IMG/VR virus record: IMGVR_UViG_3300037461_000585
Span: 1-37,033 of that record
Length of the DNA stretch: 37,033 nt
Source: a virus
Taxonomy: Duplodnaviria > Caudoviricetes
Strand: one strand, 5' to 3'
How positions within the stretch are numbered: the stretch's first letter is position 1; each line of letters opens with the position of its first letter. A program made the position numbers and the translations under genes. Positions 15,001 through 23,044 of the stretch are shown here, piece by piece. The notes beneath the pieces are model-generated. The model was not told where the DNA came from and ran no database searches. It worked only from the letters and a program-made list of their open reading frames with translations.

Positions 15001-17276
15001 CTCTCTTTATTGACTTGGGAGTAGATAAATCGGTGCTCTTTGATTTGGCCGCCGCCTCGTTGACCGTTGGCGCGATTTCGACTATGAGAAAAGAAACTGA
15101 AGTAACCTTCGCCGCGATCAGTGCGCGTCACCATACACAACAGTCTATCGCCGGGTTTAATGGAACCGGCATGTTTCCACATTCCCCCATAAAGACGAAT
15201 GAGATGTTCCGGGGATACCAGCAGCTCTAGAACAGGAGCATTCTTCCCTACGGCCTGATAGCGTATCTTTACTGTTCGTTTTCTTCCTGTAGATCCGACC
15301 CACTTAACTTTGCGAACTGTCAGTTCTCTTTTCCAGTCAAATGAGTAGACATAATCTCCCGTTTTCAATTCCTTAAGTGGAATTCCGTTTGGATAAAGAT
15401 CCATGTCACGAGGAGCTTCAATCAATGTTTCAGGATCGACGCACAATCTTCCCGTAGCCGTGCCCGTAAGGTTCAGTTTGGTGTGGATCCTCCCGTCCGC
15501 AGCGATCCATTTAGGCAGTTTGTTAGTGTAGGTGGTCTGGAGTTTACTGTACTGCCTGTACTTTCGAATCAACGGCACTACCGGATGCTGCGCCACGAGC
15601 CGGGCCATCGTCTTGTCGTTCGTAGTAACCTTGTTGTGCTTGAACTTGAATTCCAGTTTAAGCTGGTTGAACAACAGGTCGGCTACCTGCATGGGCGATC
15701 GGAGGTTCAGTTTCTTCCCGGCCAGGGCGTAGATCTGTCCTTCCAGCTCGTCCACCTTTGCGCCGAACCTGATCCCCAGGGTCCGGAGAGCGTCGGCGTC
15801 CGGCTTGATGCCCCGTTTCATCATGTCCAGGGCCATAGGCACGACCGCCATGTCCATGTGAAACACGTCTTCCATGTCCTGTGCTTCGAGTCGGCTCCAC
15901 AGCGGTCCGTAGATGCGGATTGTGGCGTCCGGGTCTCTCGCGGCGTATCGGTGCCGGACGTCGGGGTCAATCAGGGACAGATTCCCCTCGGGCATTTCAT
16001 CCAACAGCTCTTCTACAAAAGACCTGGAGGTCTCGTCGGGGTCCAGTTGGTGCCACCGTTTCCACAACCCGACCTTCTGGATTTTGCCGGACGCATAATC
16101 CTTCAACATTCGATCCACGACTTTGATGATATTTTGGGGCTGTTTGTAGTGGATCGTCCCGTCGGGCTTGATCTGCATGACCTTGTCCGGCATAGGCCAG
16201 TTGTACTCTTTTAGTCTCATAAGGTAATCAAACGCCAGGTCTGCGGACGCCTCGGCGATGATCTCCTCGTATTCAAGCATCTCCATGCCCCAGTGCCGGA
16301 ATGCCAGAGTCTTAAGTCCGAGGGGCTCGGACTGGAGAAGGTAGGCCATGATCATCGTGTCCCGCACGTCCGCGGGGAAGATCCCGAGTTTCTCCAGCAC
16401 CAGCAAGTCGAAAAGACTGTTGTGCATTATCGTGGTGATGCCCGGTTGGGCAACATGACGTGCGATAACCTCAAGACATCTTGTATTATCGGCGTATACG
16501 ATGTACCCTTGCCCGGGCGCCGCGGAGAACTGGACCATGTAAGGCGTGTTGTTCACGTCGCCATAAGTCTCGGTGTCGATCGCTAGAAGATGCGCTCTGG
16601 CAAGACGCGCACTAACCTGATCGGGACTTTCAAGAACACGGTATTCCTCCTTCCCCTTATATACGTCCCAAAAGGAGGAAGGAAGGAGTTTTCCGCGTAA
16701 GACAGCTCCGACGGCGGTGAAATCAAGTACACATTTAAGGGCAGAATCGGGAGATCTAAGGCCAGCCGCCGGATGATACACAGGGATGACGATAACTTCG
16801 ATTCCTGCTTCGCCGTCGATGATCTCGGGGAATGGTATGTGCGTTTTGAAAGGGATGCCATGAACCATCTCCATATTGACAGGGCCTATGAGATTTTCAG
16901 TGGCTGCCACGCCCATAGTCACGATGACTCGGGGCTTGATAGCAGCGATCTCCTGGACAAGAAAGGGCCAACAAGCGTCTAGTTCTTCTTTGGAAGGTCC
17001 CCGGTTGTTCGGGGTGTGACATTTGCAGGAGTTGGAAATGTAGACGTTCTCCCGAGCGAGGCCGATGATGCCCAGAAGCCGCTCAAGTTCCATGCCGGCA
17101 GGAGCCTCGAAGTAGAAGGGAGTGCCGTGCTCGTCCTCCATTTCCCCAGGATCCTGGCCGATGAACATAACCCGGGCAGACGGGTGGCCTTCCCCCCAGA
17201 CTATCTTGTTTCTGGTGCGTGAAAGGCCACACTCTTTACAATCGTTGGCGAGGATCATCAGTTTCGAGCCAGCCAA
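11994..17276 (-). CDS. polA: family A DNA polymerase with N-terminal family-4 uracil-DNA glycosylase and 3'-5' exonuclease; three inteins (about 887-aa extein)
   Basis: UDG: CKECGL, GQDPG, NSCKC, YHPAA. Exo: DTET, HNSLFD, YAARD. Pol: TATGRL|SSSKPNLMNQP, DL|SQIEMR, RYPAKRVGFGVVYG, NMPIQ|SGAA, IHDDL. Confidence 0.95.
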   Translation of the reverse strand: MAGSKLMILANDCKECGLSRTRNKIVWGEGHPSARVMFIGQDPGEMEDEHGTPFYFEAPAGMELERLLGIIGLARENVYISNSCKCHTPNNRGPSKEELDACWPFLVQEIAAIKPRVIVTMGVAATENLIGPVNMEMVHGIPFKTHIPFPEIIDGEAGIEVIVIPVYHPAAGLRSPDSALKCVLDFTAVGAVLRGKLLPSSFWDVYKGKEEYRVLESPDQVSARLARAHLLAIDTETYGDVNNTPYMVQFSAAPGQGYIVYADNTRCLEVIARHVAQPGITTIMHNSLFDLLVLEKLGIFPADVRDTMIMAYLLQSEPLGLKTLAFRHWGMEMLEYEEIIAEASADLAFDYLMRLKEYNWPMPDKVMQIKPDGTIHYKQPQNIIKVVDRMLKDYASGKIQKVGLWKRWHQLDPDETSRSFVEELLDEMPEGNLSLIDPDVRHRYAARDPDATIRIYGPLWSRLEAQDMEDVFHMDMAVVPMALDMMKRGIKPDADALRTLGIRFGAKVDELEGQIYALAGKKLNLRSPMQVADLLFNQLKLEFKFKHNKVTTNDKTMARLVAQHPVVPLIRKYRQYSKLQTTYTNKLPKWIAADGRIHTKLNLTGTATGRLCVDPETLIEAPRDMDLYPNGIPLKELKTGDYVYSFDWKRELTVRKVKWVGSTGRKRTVKIRYQAVGKNAPVLELLVSPEHLIRLYGGMWKHAGSIKPGDRLLCMVTRTDRGEGYFSFFSHSRNRANGQRGGGQIKEHRFIYSQVNKESLSSKTIIHHKDKRQHNNTPSNLQKVLSIREHQILHRMTKDEYKQAIETGLGRKGILKFSTIEAYKRRLRALEDEERGISGVNHVVLSVEPGPEMELWDLEIEDTHTFIGNEVALHNSSSKPNLMNQPTRSEDGKEIRRCFVPSEGCVFVSNDLCLPGDETVQTIHGIKRVDAIKPGELVLSTPDGITLTFEEVVATKSTGQRELCVVVLNEGIVRCTPEHRLMLLNGTFKEAKDLKPGDRLMHIHDGASGPTHRRVPTWYGKFGNRNYVNKHILVARYGLGKRPKGHHVDHLDGDVRNWRLDNLRYLPAEENYAQGGQRYWKAVKEGRRSDESRLANLRNGLRRRRDYSGEGNPNYGKRKGEPATCSSCGKTFYRPPSRKAQYCSGACYHIHKRNNHKVRALLWPSEREITYHIQVANTETFVLENGVVSHNSQIEMRMLSHESGDPLLLDIFRNNRDIHAITASNIFKLPVDQLDDMKHRYPAKRVGFGVVYGITAAGLQEQLLMIGLDPEYWTIPRCQALINEWFRLYHHVALYMQDLVAFALRHGYVEDMFGRRRYLATIHSSSRQSRAEAARQAGNMPIQCLPGSTRVLTREGYRRIGDFENATVWTGHTWAPAIRIYKGRGQLVHVETDDGMVLVCDTAHQVLVANSAWPDWKSVVDLAEGDVLAGSVTRAPGGKEYQTEEFWYWVGRYYGDGYMVHFKKGDIRPTTGKPATVYRSYVEWAFGGAKKKDVKRLRRFLVSLGFNPRIEVQRKGKSVVLRVRDYGFNKLMMQFGITPNQVAWTKRIADVVFTLSPTRRESFIKGYYDADGTTRKHYPNGWTAEQITSVNRELLQDTALLLRSVGRRAYLKGPYREDIPGHRPFFRLSIHPDPAVRKRVVRVVVTNDFDDVFTLAVEDSNHSFDSEGIISKNSGAAGVFKKGMANLTPIYKEFQARGYRIWPVLPIHDDLVFEVEEDLVDIWIPIQQDVMEHSVTLKVPIKSDAKVGRVNWGDGEKYKW
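12258..13247 (-). mobile_element. intein 3 with LAGLIDADG-type endonuclease (330 aa)
   Basis: CLPGSTRV...GIISKN|S; WVGRYYGDG and FIKGYYDADG motifs. Confidence 0.9.
13704..14540 (-). mobile_element. intein 2 with HNH endonuclease, NUMOD3-like motif and Zn ribbon (279 aa)
   Basis: CLPGDETV...CTPEH...GVVSHN|S; HILVA...HVDHLDGDVRNWRLDNL; SGEGNPNYGK; CSSCG..YCSGAC. Confidence 0.9.
14652..15443 (-). mobile_element. intein 1 with HNH endonuclease (264 aa)
   Basis: CVDPETLI...SPEH...VALHN|S; EHRFI...IHHKDKRQHNNTPSNL. Confidence 0.9.
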
Positions 17277-18280
17277 TCTACTAAGGTGATGGTAGGAGTC
17301 CCGGGAGCTGGGGCTTCAACGACGGTCTGGTTTATCTTGTTCTCCGTCGTTCGCGCACGGTCCACGTAAACGGTGAACATAGCTTGCGGCAACGACTCAT
17401 TAGACGCCTTGGCGCTGCCCCACCCAAACCCGCCCGACGGAGCAATCGCGATCGTGTCATCGTGACCGAACAGACTGGCGCCGCCTCCTATTCCGACCCC
17501 TACGCTGGAGCCCTCCGACGTGACCTTAAAGTCCGTCTCGGACTTGACTATCCTGGTGCCTCCGAGCCGAAGGGCCTCGCGGATAGCCACAGCCTCGCAC
17601 GCTATCATGTCCGCGCCTGTGCTCACCACGTAGATAGTGGCGAGATAATGACCAGCCGGGGCAGCAGCGAGGTCGATTTCAGTAGACTCTCCAGCGTCTC
17701 GAATAGCCCGAACGCTCACGTCAGCCTTGGCTCCGAAGAGCTCGGACAGCATAACGGAAACCTCGGCGTCGGTGATTGACTTGAGATAGGTCCACAAAGA
17801 CCCCTTGGTCTTGATAGATCCAGACCGGGCCGCGGTAAGTTTGGGGTCAACCATGGGCACCGGGATCGGGTTGATCAGATCCCGTTTGTCCTCGTAGGTC
17901 TGCGTGATTTCGGTAGTCTGCTTGTTGCCGTCGTTGGTATTGTTGTTGCCCTGGGATTGTCCCTGGACCGCGACGGCATTCTGAGTCTGTTTCTGGTCCT
18001 GGATCTGATTCTGAAACTGCCCCTGGACATTGGTGTTCACGTTCTTGTTCACGTTCTTGTTCTGATTCTTGACCGTCACAGCGCCTTTCTCGATCGTGGC
18101 ATTTCCGCCCTTCCCGATACCGATCCCGACTCCTACTCCCGTGCCGCCTTTTCCGCCCTGGTTTATGGTGGTGGGGGTGGGGGCGGGACAGCACTTGGTG
18201 GTTTTGTCGTTTCCGGTGGCAAAGGCCGAGGTAGTCATGAGCAACAGCAGCGTTACCAGCATCACGAAAATCTTTCGCAT
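17258..18280 (-). CDS. secreted protein with Gly-rich and Gln/Asn-rich segments
   Basis: Signal peptide ending SAFA; GVGVGIGIG twice; NQNKNVNKNVNTNVQGQFQNQIQDQKQTQ. Confidence 0.75.
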   Translation of the reverse strand: MRKIFVMLVTLLLLMTTSAFATGNDKTTKCCPAPTPTTINQGGKGGTGVGVGIGIGKGGNATIEKGAVTVKNQNKNVNKNVNTNVQGQFQNQIQDQKQTQNAVAVQGQSQGNNNTNDGNKQTTEITQTYEDKRDLINPIPVPMVDPKLTAARSGSIKTKGSLWTYLKSITDAEVSVMLSELFGAKADVSVRAIRDAGESTEIDLAAAPAGHYLATIYVVSTGADMIACEAVAIREALRLGGTRIVKSETDFKVTSEGSSVGVGIGGGASLFGHDDTIAIAPSGGFGWGSAKASNESLPQAMFTVYVDRARTTENKINQTVVEAPAPGTPTITLVDWLARN

Positions 18281-18360
18281 AGTCCCATTCTCCTTTTGGT
18301 CTTGGTCAAGGGTTAGTAATTGGCCGGGCCATCCACCCGGGGGTAGACATCTCCGACTAC

Positions 18361-18642
18361 TTAATCAATAACGACGCGCCGTTTTGTTCTCTCCCTGAGC
18401 TCATTTCGTTGCTGCGCCTCCAAGTCAATGATTTTGGTGTTCATGGACGCCCGAACCTGACCCGGGGCCTTAACGGACCCTTCACACGAATCGAAAATGC
18501 GCCGGGCATCGTCGTAGAGTAAGCCTCCAGCGACTTCAGTCTTTCCGTCTTTTGAAAGCACCCACCAGTTTGCCGGCGCGTACCCTTTTCCCCGCACCAG
18601 GCGATAATGATGACCTCTGATCTCGGTATATCCGTTTTCCAT
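18361..18642 (-). CDS. hypothetical protein
   Basis: RBS GGAGG; first gene after promoter 18663-18690. Confidence 0.65.
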   Translation of the reverse strand: MENGYTEIRGHHYRLVRGKGYAPANWWVLSKDGKTEVAGGLLYDDARRIFDSCEGSVKAPGQVRASMNTKIIDLEAQQRNELRERTKRRVVID

Positions 18643-18662
18643 GACGTGCCTCCGTTTTGAAT

Positions 18663-18690
18663 AAGATAATCATTCTCGCGGAAATGTCAA
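18663..18690 (-). promoter_or_regulatory. promoter TTGACA-N16-TATCTT upstream of the pol operon
   Basis: cTTGACA tttccgcgagaatgat TATCTT. Confidence 0.75.
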
Positions 18691-18869
18691 GGGGTCTTCA
18701 CAACAATCTTTCCAGTGTCGGCGTCCACGACTTGAAACCAGTCGAAATTTGAATGGGTGCCCAGGTAAGTCAGAGCATCTGAGACTTCGTCGAACGAGGT
18801 AATAAAGTCTTCCCATCCACCGAGCGGGTAATACTGTCTTCCATAAAATAACAGGTATCGTTTAGTCAT
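18687..18869 (-). CDS. conserved small phage protein
   Basis: RYLLFYGRQYYPLGGWEDF motif recurrent in phages. Confidence 0.7.
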   Translation of the reverse strand: MTKRYLLFYGRQYYPLGGWEDFITSFDEVSDALTYLGTHSNFDWFQVVDADTGKIVVKTP

Positions 18870-19615
18870 TTTCTGTGCAGCCTTTCATGGATTTGTTTCG
18901 CGAGCACCTTCCCAATCCCTTCCACCAGGATCAGATCCTCCGGAGTGGCGCTCATAATGTCTTCCATGGTGGGAAATTGCCTCACCAGGTTTCCGGCGCG
19001 GTCCCATCCAACCCCCGGGAGCTCTTTTAGCATCTTCTGCTCCACGGTAGGACGAGCAAGCACCGCGTGTTTAGGCATGGCCGGACCTTGTGAGAAGTTC
19101 AGGTGCGACTTGTGCTCGTGGTACGGCTTTTGCCACCAGAAGTAGGTGTACCGTATCCACTCCGCGGTGAGATCAATACCCGACGTGAACCACAGTTTCA
19201 CCCCGGTGATAACGGACAGGCTGTTCAGGTAGTTCGCGATCTCTCTATACCCGAAGGTTTTGCCCGGCCTACTCTTGCCCGACAAAGGTCTCCACCCGTG
19301 ATTCTCGGCGACTTCCACCGTGTTGTCCTTTACTCTCCACACCCCGTCTACCACTATATAGACGACGTGATACCACTCCAGAAGACCTATGAGCTGGTGC
19401 CCTGAGAGTCGCCCGGAGATGATGCTGTTCGCCAGGTCCCGGATACCCTTTCGTTCTATTCCTATCGAAAGGATCTGATCGTCTGGCCCGTAGCCGGCGA
19501 AAGCCACGTCGCCATACCGCAGCTCTGTGACTTCCACCGGCATCTTCAGATACTTCACTAACTCCTTCGACCCGACGCGGGGGTCCACGAACAGGGGAAA
19601 GTTAGTTTCAGGCAT
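18866..19615 (-). CDS. ERCC4/XPF-type nuclease with HhH domain (candidate resolvase)
   Basis: GDVAF...IERKGIRDLANSIISGRL; LPGVG and VEGIG HhH motifs. Confidence 0.85.
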   Translation of the reverse strand: MPETNFPLFVDPRVGSKELVKYLKMPVEVTELRYGDVAFAGYGPDDQILSIGIERKGIRDLANSIISGRLSGHQLIGLLEWYHVVYIVVDGVWRVKDNTVEVAENHGWRPLSGKSRPGKTFGYREIANYLNSLSVITGVKLWFTSGIDLTAEWIRYTYFWWQKPYHEHKSHLNFSQGPAMPKHAVLARPTVEQKMLKELPGVGWDRAGNLVRQFPTMEDIMSATPEDLILVEGIGKVLAKQIHERLHRK

Positions 19616-19856
19616 TGGGGGCTCCTGTTATAGACACCACGTTAGTAGAGGGTTTCTCTTCTTCCAGCTCTTCTACGTGAATCGTCGCAATCAACGACAA
19701 GTTGATGTGTCTGGACATCCCAGTTTCGTACTGGAACAGGGCCAAAAATCCGTCGTGAAAGTCCACCATTTCCACCCTTTCGTGGGTGGTGAAAGTACCG
19801 TCTATATACCAAACTTTCACGGTGTATCTCGGACCTGGACTTCCGATCGTCTTCAT
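19608..19856 (-). CDS. hypothetical protein
   Basis: RBS AGGAGG. Confidence 0.65.
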   Translation of the reverse strand: MKTIGSPGPRYTVKVWYIDGTFTTHERVEMVDFHDGFLALFQYETGMSRHINLSLIATIHVEELEEEKPSTNVVSITGAPNA

Positions 19857-19866
19857 AGCTCACCTC

Positions 19867-20664
19867 CTACGTAAACATTTCAGGCACGGTGCCCTCGATA
19901 ATGGTTGCCGCCACAAACGGAAACGTCGCCATGGGGCCGGTCAGGATCATCCCATTCGCCGCTGGATTATGCCGGGACTCGTGAATCTTCACCCCAAACG
20001 CTCCTTTTTCCAGGATCGTCTCGCCGTCGTCCATCGTCATCTCCTTATCGACCCGAAAAGGATGAAGCACCGCCTGAACGATGTAAGGCGTATCGCTGAA
20101 CCCGGTCATCTCGTACTGGCCGGTGCGTTTGTCGTTCACGTACTCGGCTTTCATCTTCTGTACGAGAATGAGATTCTTGTCGGTGTCATACGCCTTTTTG
20201 AGAAATCTTCTGAACTCGGCGTTGACCCCGGTGTAATGGTGCGGCATGACCTGAGTGATCTTCCCGAAATAGGCCAGCCTTACGATTTCCCATATCTCGG
20301 AGGCCGTATCAAATACAATAGTCCGAATCGCCGCGTTCCCGAGCACCATATCAAATGCGTCGTCCAGATCGTCCCACACTTTCCCCGCCTCTTTCTCCAC
20401 GTTCTTGGACTGGGGGTCAGGCAGAGGGATATTATACACGAGGATCTTCTTGCCCTGAACCAAAAACTTATGCACCACTCCTTCAAGCCCGATGTCCGCG
20501 TTAAAGTGCGCAATAGGACCCGGTGCGGTCAAACTGAGGTGGGTCTTGCCCTGTTTCTCCCGGGCCGCAATAGCACAGATCAACCGTGCTGTGATTGCGG
20601 AGCTCGCCTCGACGAACTTCCCGCCTTTCAGTAGCGTCTCCAGTGTCATGTTTTGCGATGCCAT
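19867..20664 (-). CDS. AAA_24/Sak4-like ATPase
   Basis: Degenerate Walker A AREKQGKT; Walker B TIVFDT; next to an exonuclease. Confidence 0.7.
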   Translation of the reverse strand: MASQNMTLETLLKGGKFVEASSAITARLICAIAAREKQGKTHLSLTAPGPIAHFNADIGLEGVVHKFLVQGKKILVYNIPLPDPQSKNVEKEAGKVWDDLDDAFDMVLGNAAIRTIVFDTASEIWEIVRLAYFGKITQVMPHHYTGVNAEFRRFLKKAYDTDKNLILVQKMKAEYVNDKRTGQYEMTGFSDTPYIVQAVLHPFRVDKEMTMDDGETILEKGAFGVKIHESRHNPAANGMILTGPMATFPFVAATIIEGTVPEMFT

Positions 20665-21278
20665 TATAGTGCGTCCTCCCCTAAAGATTGTTTGTAATCC
20701 ATAAACCCTTTCTCCAGCATCTCGTCGCGATGGGACAAAATCATGCGCCAGTTTTCCAGGAGCTCCTTATCCGTGAATCGCATACCGAAAACCATTGGGA
20801 TGGGTCCGCTGCCCCGATAGTCCCCGTTCAGATAAAGCACCTTCACCACGGTGACGTCCACTCCAAGCATGTAACAGTACGACTTAAACTGCGTCATCCA
20901 GTACCAGATGTCCGGCGGCTCCTTTTTGACGCTGCGCCACGTAGCCTTGTACTCCACGTTATACAGAGGAGTGCCCCAGAAGGGATCATCGGCATCGATG
21001 CCGTCGGGCGACCCTACGATGTTATCCTTCTCGACTTCTCCAATCCGGGCAGCATACCGGGATCCTTCCACCAGGGACATGAAATCCTCCCACAAAAACC
21101 CGGCTTCCGCCGCGGCGACCATGTTCCAGCTCACTTTGTTTTTGGGGCCGAACTGCATCTTATACTCAATGAATTTGGCGATGTCCGAGAGATGAAGTTT
21201 CCCGGTGTCATTGGCCTTTGTTCTCGGGAGCCCGGAGCCTTTAATGGTCCAGGACATTTCCTGCCGAATTATTTCCAT
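20664..21278 (-). CDS. PD-(D/E)XK (Cas4/RecB-like) exonuclease
   Basis: LHLSD, GFLWE, GSPDG, VEYKAT, QFKSYC; true start is probably MEIIRQ. Confidence 0.8.
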   Translation of the reverse strand: MEIIRQEMSWTIKGSGLPRTKANDTGKLHLSDIAKFIEYKMQFGPKNKVSWNMVAAAEAGFLWEDFMSLVEGSRYAARIGEVEKDNIVGSPDGIDADDPFWGTPLYNVEYKATWRSVKKEPPDIWYWMTQFKSYCYMLGVDVTVVKVLYLNGDYRGSGPIPMVFGMRFTDKELLENWRMILSHRDEMLEKGFMDYKQSLGEDAL

Positions 21279-21787
21279 ACTATTCCCGCCTTTCGAAGGT
21301 CCTGAGCCAGCTTGTTTCGTACCGGCATGACGGCGTGCGCCGATTCGACCAGTAGTGTTTTCATCCGTTCGACTTCTCCGCGAAGTTCCTCGGGCATCGT
21401 CGGGGATTCTCGCAGCGCGTCGGTCAGGCCTTGGGTCAGATGGTTGACGTAGTCGGTCCACTGATACGCTGGCGTCTGACCGATCCGCACCAAATGAGTC
21501 ACCAAAGGTCCGGGTTCGGAGTACGCGACGGCCCAAATCAATGCTAAGGTGTCGTGGATATACGCGATTTGAAGAAGAAGGGTGGTGCGGAGATGCTGGA
21601 GCTCTCCATGCTTAAAGTCGGGCTCGGCCACGAGTTTGGTCTGAAACTCAAGCAGCCCGGCGAGCTCATTAGTGAGAGACGATACAGTGTCAAGAGCAAG
21701 AGCCGAGGCTCGCCGTTTTTGACTCGGCCAGAAAAGGAGTCCGACGCCCAGTATCACCAATGTCGCGAAGAAAAGAGTCCAGAACAT
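21269..21787 (-). CDS. membrane-anchored hypothetical protein
   Basis: N-terminal TM helix. Confidence 0.65.
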   Translation of the reverse strand: MFWTLFFATLVILGVGLLFWPSQKRRASALALDTVSSLTNELAGLLEFQTKLVAEPDFKHGELQHLRTTLLLQIAYIHDTLALIWAVAYSEPGPLVTHLVRIGQTPAYQWTDYVNHLTQGLTDALRESPTMPEELRGEVERMKTLLVESAHAVMPVRNKLAQDLRKAGIVWK

Positions 21788-22719
21788 CAGTCAACTACCT
21801 CCAGGTTCACGTCCACTATCTTTCCGCCGCGCACGAGGACCACTGCAAACCCCAACTCAATGGGCGGGTATTCATTCTCTTCTACGTAAGATGATCTCGC
21901 GCCTTCGAGGGGTTTGGTGACATCAAAGTTCACCAGGTCGTCGCCGTACTTTCTAAAAAACGCGCCGACGTTGATATACCACCGGAGATCCGGGTGAATG
22001 TACTGGCTGCCGGTCGGGTCCGCGGAGGTGTACTCTTGTTGAATACGCCGCCCGTCATCCACAAGATAGAGCTGGGTTTGCGGAGGCAAAGTGAAGAGAT
22101 GATGCGTATGCCCCTTAGTCATCAGAATAACGTCGCCGGCCTCATTCTTGAGGTGCCGTTTGAGGGCGAGCTGCATGTTGGAATTCTGGCGCACTACGTC
22201 GTCAGCGGCGGACTTCACCTGCCGACGCCCATGAATGGCGTACTGTTTGAACAGAAGCATTTTCTTGGGGGTATCCCAAGACATTGTGCTCGGGAGCTCG
22301 GAGAAGTAAGAGATCTTCGCTGCCATGGTGCCATACGTGACCCCGAGCATGTGGCACACCCAGGCGGTAATGTCTCCCCATCGCGCCTGGAGTTTCCTCT
22401 CGTGGTTGCCCTGTAGCACGGTGATCAGTTTGTCTTTTACGGGTGTCAGTTTCTCTACCGCCTTGAACATCTGAGGGATAATCCCGCCCGGTTCGGAGCC
22501 GGTGATCGTAAAGTGCGGGTCATCAATGAGTTTGCCTTCGATCATATCCCCGTGATGAACCCCGAAATTGGCAGACGCGGGGAGCCCGTCGTAGGAAGAG
22601 TTGATCATCTCCACAAACTGATTCCATCCACTCTTGTGGGTGAAGGTGCTGCCCCAGTGGGTACACGAAAACTGAAACAGGTTAGCGTCCAACGGTATCG
22701 TTTTTTCTATGAGTCTCAT
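21787..22719 (-). CDS. calcineurin-like metallophosphoesterase
   Basis: SCTHWG, HGDMIEG, GNHE, IHG, GHTH. Confidence 0.8.
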   Translation of the reverse strand: MRLIEKTIPLDANLFQFSCTHWGSTFTHKSGWNQFVEMINSSYDGLPASANFGVHHGDMIEGKLIDDPHFTITGSEPGGIIPQMFKAVEKLTPVKDKLITVLQGNHERKLQARWGDITAWVCHMLGVTYGTMAAKISYFSELPSTMSWDTPKKMLLFKQYAIHGRRQVKSAADDVVRQNSNMQLALKRHLKNEAGDVILMTKGHTHHLFTLPPQTQLYLVDDGRRIQQEYTSADPTGSQYIHPDLRWYINVGAFFRKYGDDLVNFDVTKPLEGARSSYVEENEYPPIELGFAVVLVRGGKIVDVNLEVVD

Positions 22720-23035
22720 TCAATACCTCCCTAAGCATTACCGTGTCCATCGAGTGCCAGGTCCCGGCGACCCCTCCAGTCCTACATCCGTCACACCATA
22801 CTCCCTCTTCCGGCTCTAGATTGACGCCACAATGCGGACACAGGCCCTGGCTTTTGCGACGGTTGTATAGTCGCTCCATTCTAATTCTGGTCCTATCCAG
22901 GTGCCGGGCGTGCCAGGCTAGTTGAGCCTTTTGACACACGGCACAGTAGGACAGACCAGGAAGAGGAGGTCGTGCCCCGCAGTTGGGGCACAGACCTCGT
23001 TCTATGAACAATTTGCGAACGCGGGCTTGGGGCAT
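22682..23035 (-). CDS. tandem Zn-finger protein
   Basis: GLCPNCG..YCAVC and GLCPHCG..WCDGC internal duplication. Confidence 0.7.
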   Translation of the reverse strand: MPQARVRKLFIERGLCPNCGARPPLPGLSYCAVCQKAQLAWHARHLDRTRIRMERLYNRRKSQGLCPHCGVNLEPEEGVWCDGCRTGGVAGTWHSMDTVMLREVLNETHRKNDTVGR

Positions 23036-23044
23036 ACTACCTCA

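Noticed and set aside
20664-21278. CRISPR Cas4 adaptation gene
   Set aside because: It lacks the Cas4 cysteine cluster and sits next to a Sak4-like ATPase, so it is better read as a recombination exonuclease.
21279-21536. N-terminal extension of the exonuclease ORF
   Set aside because: It overlaps the membrane protein gene and has a non-protein-like composition; the start at 21278 fits better.
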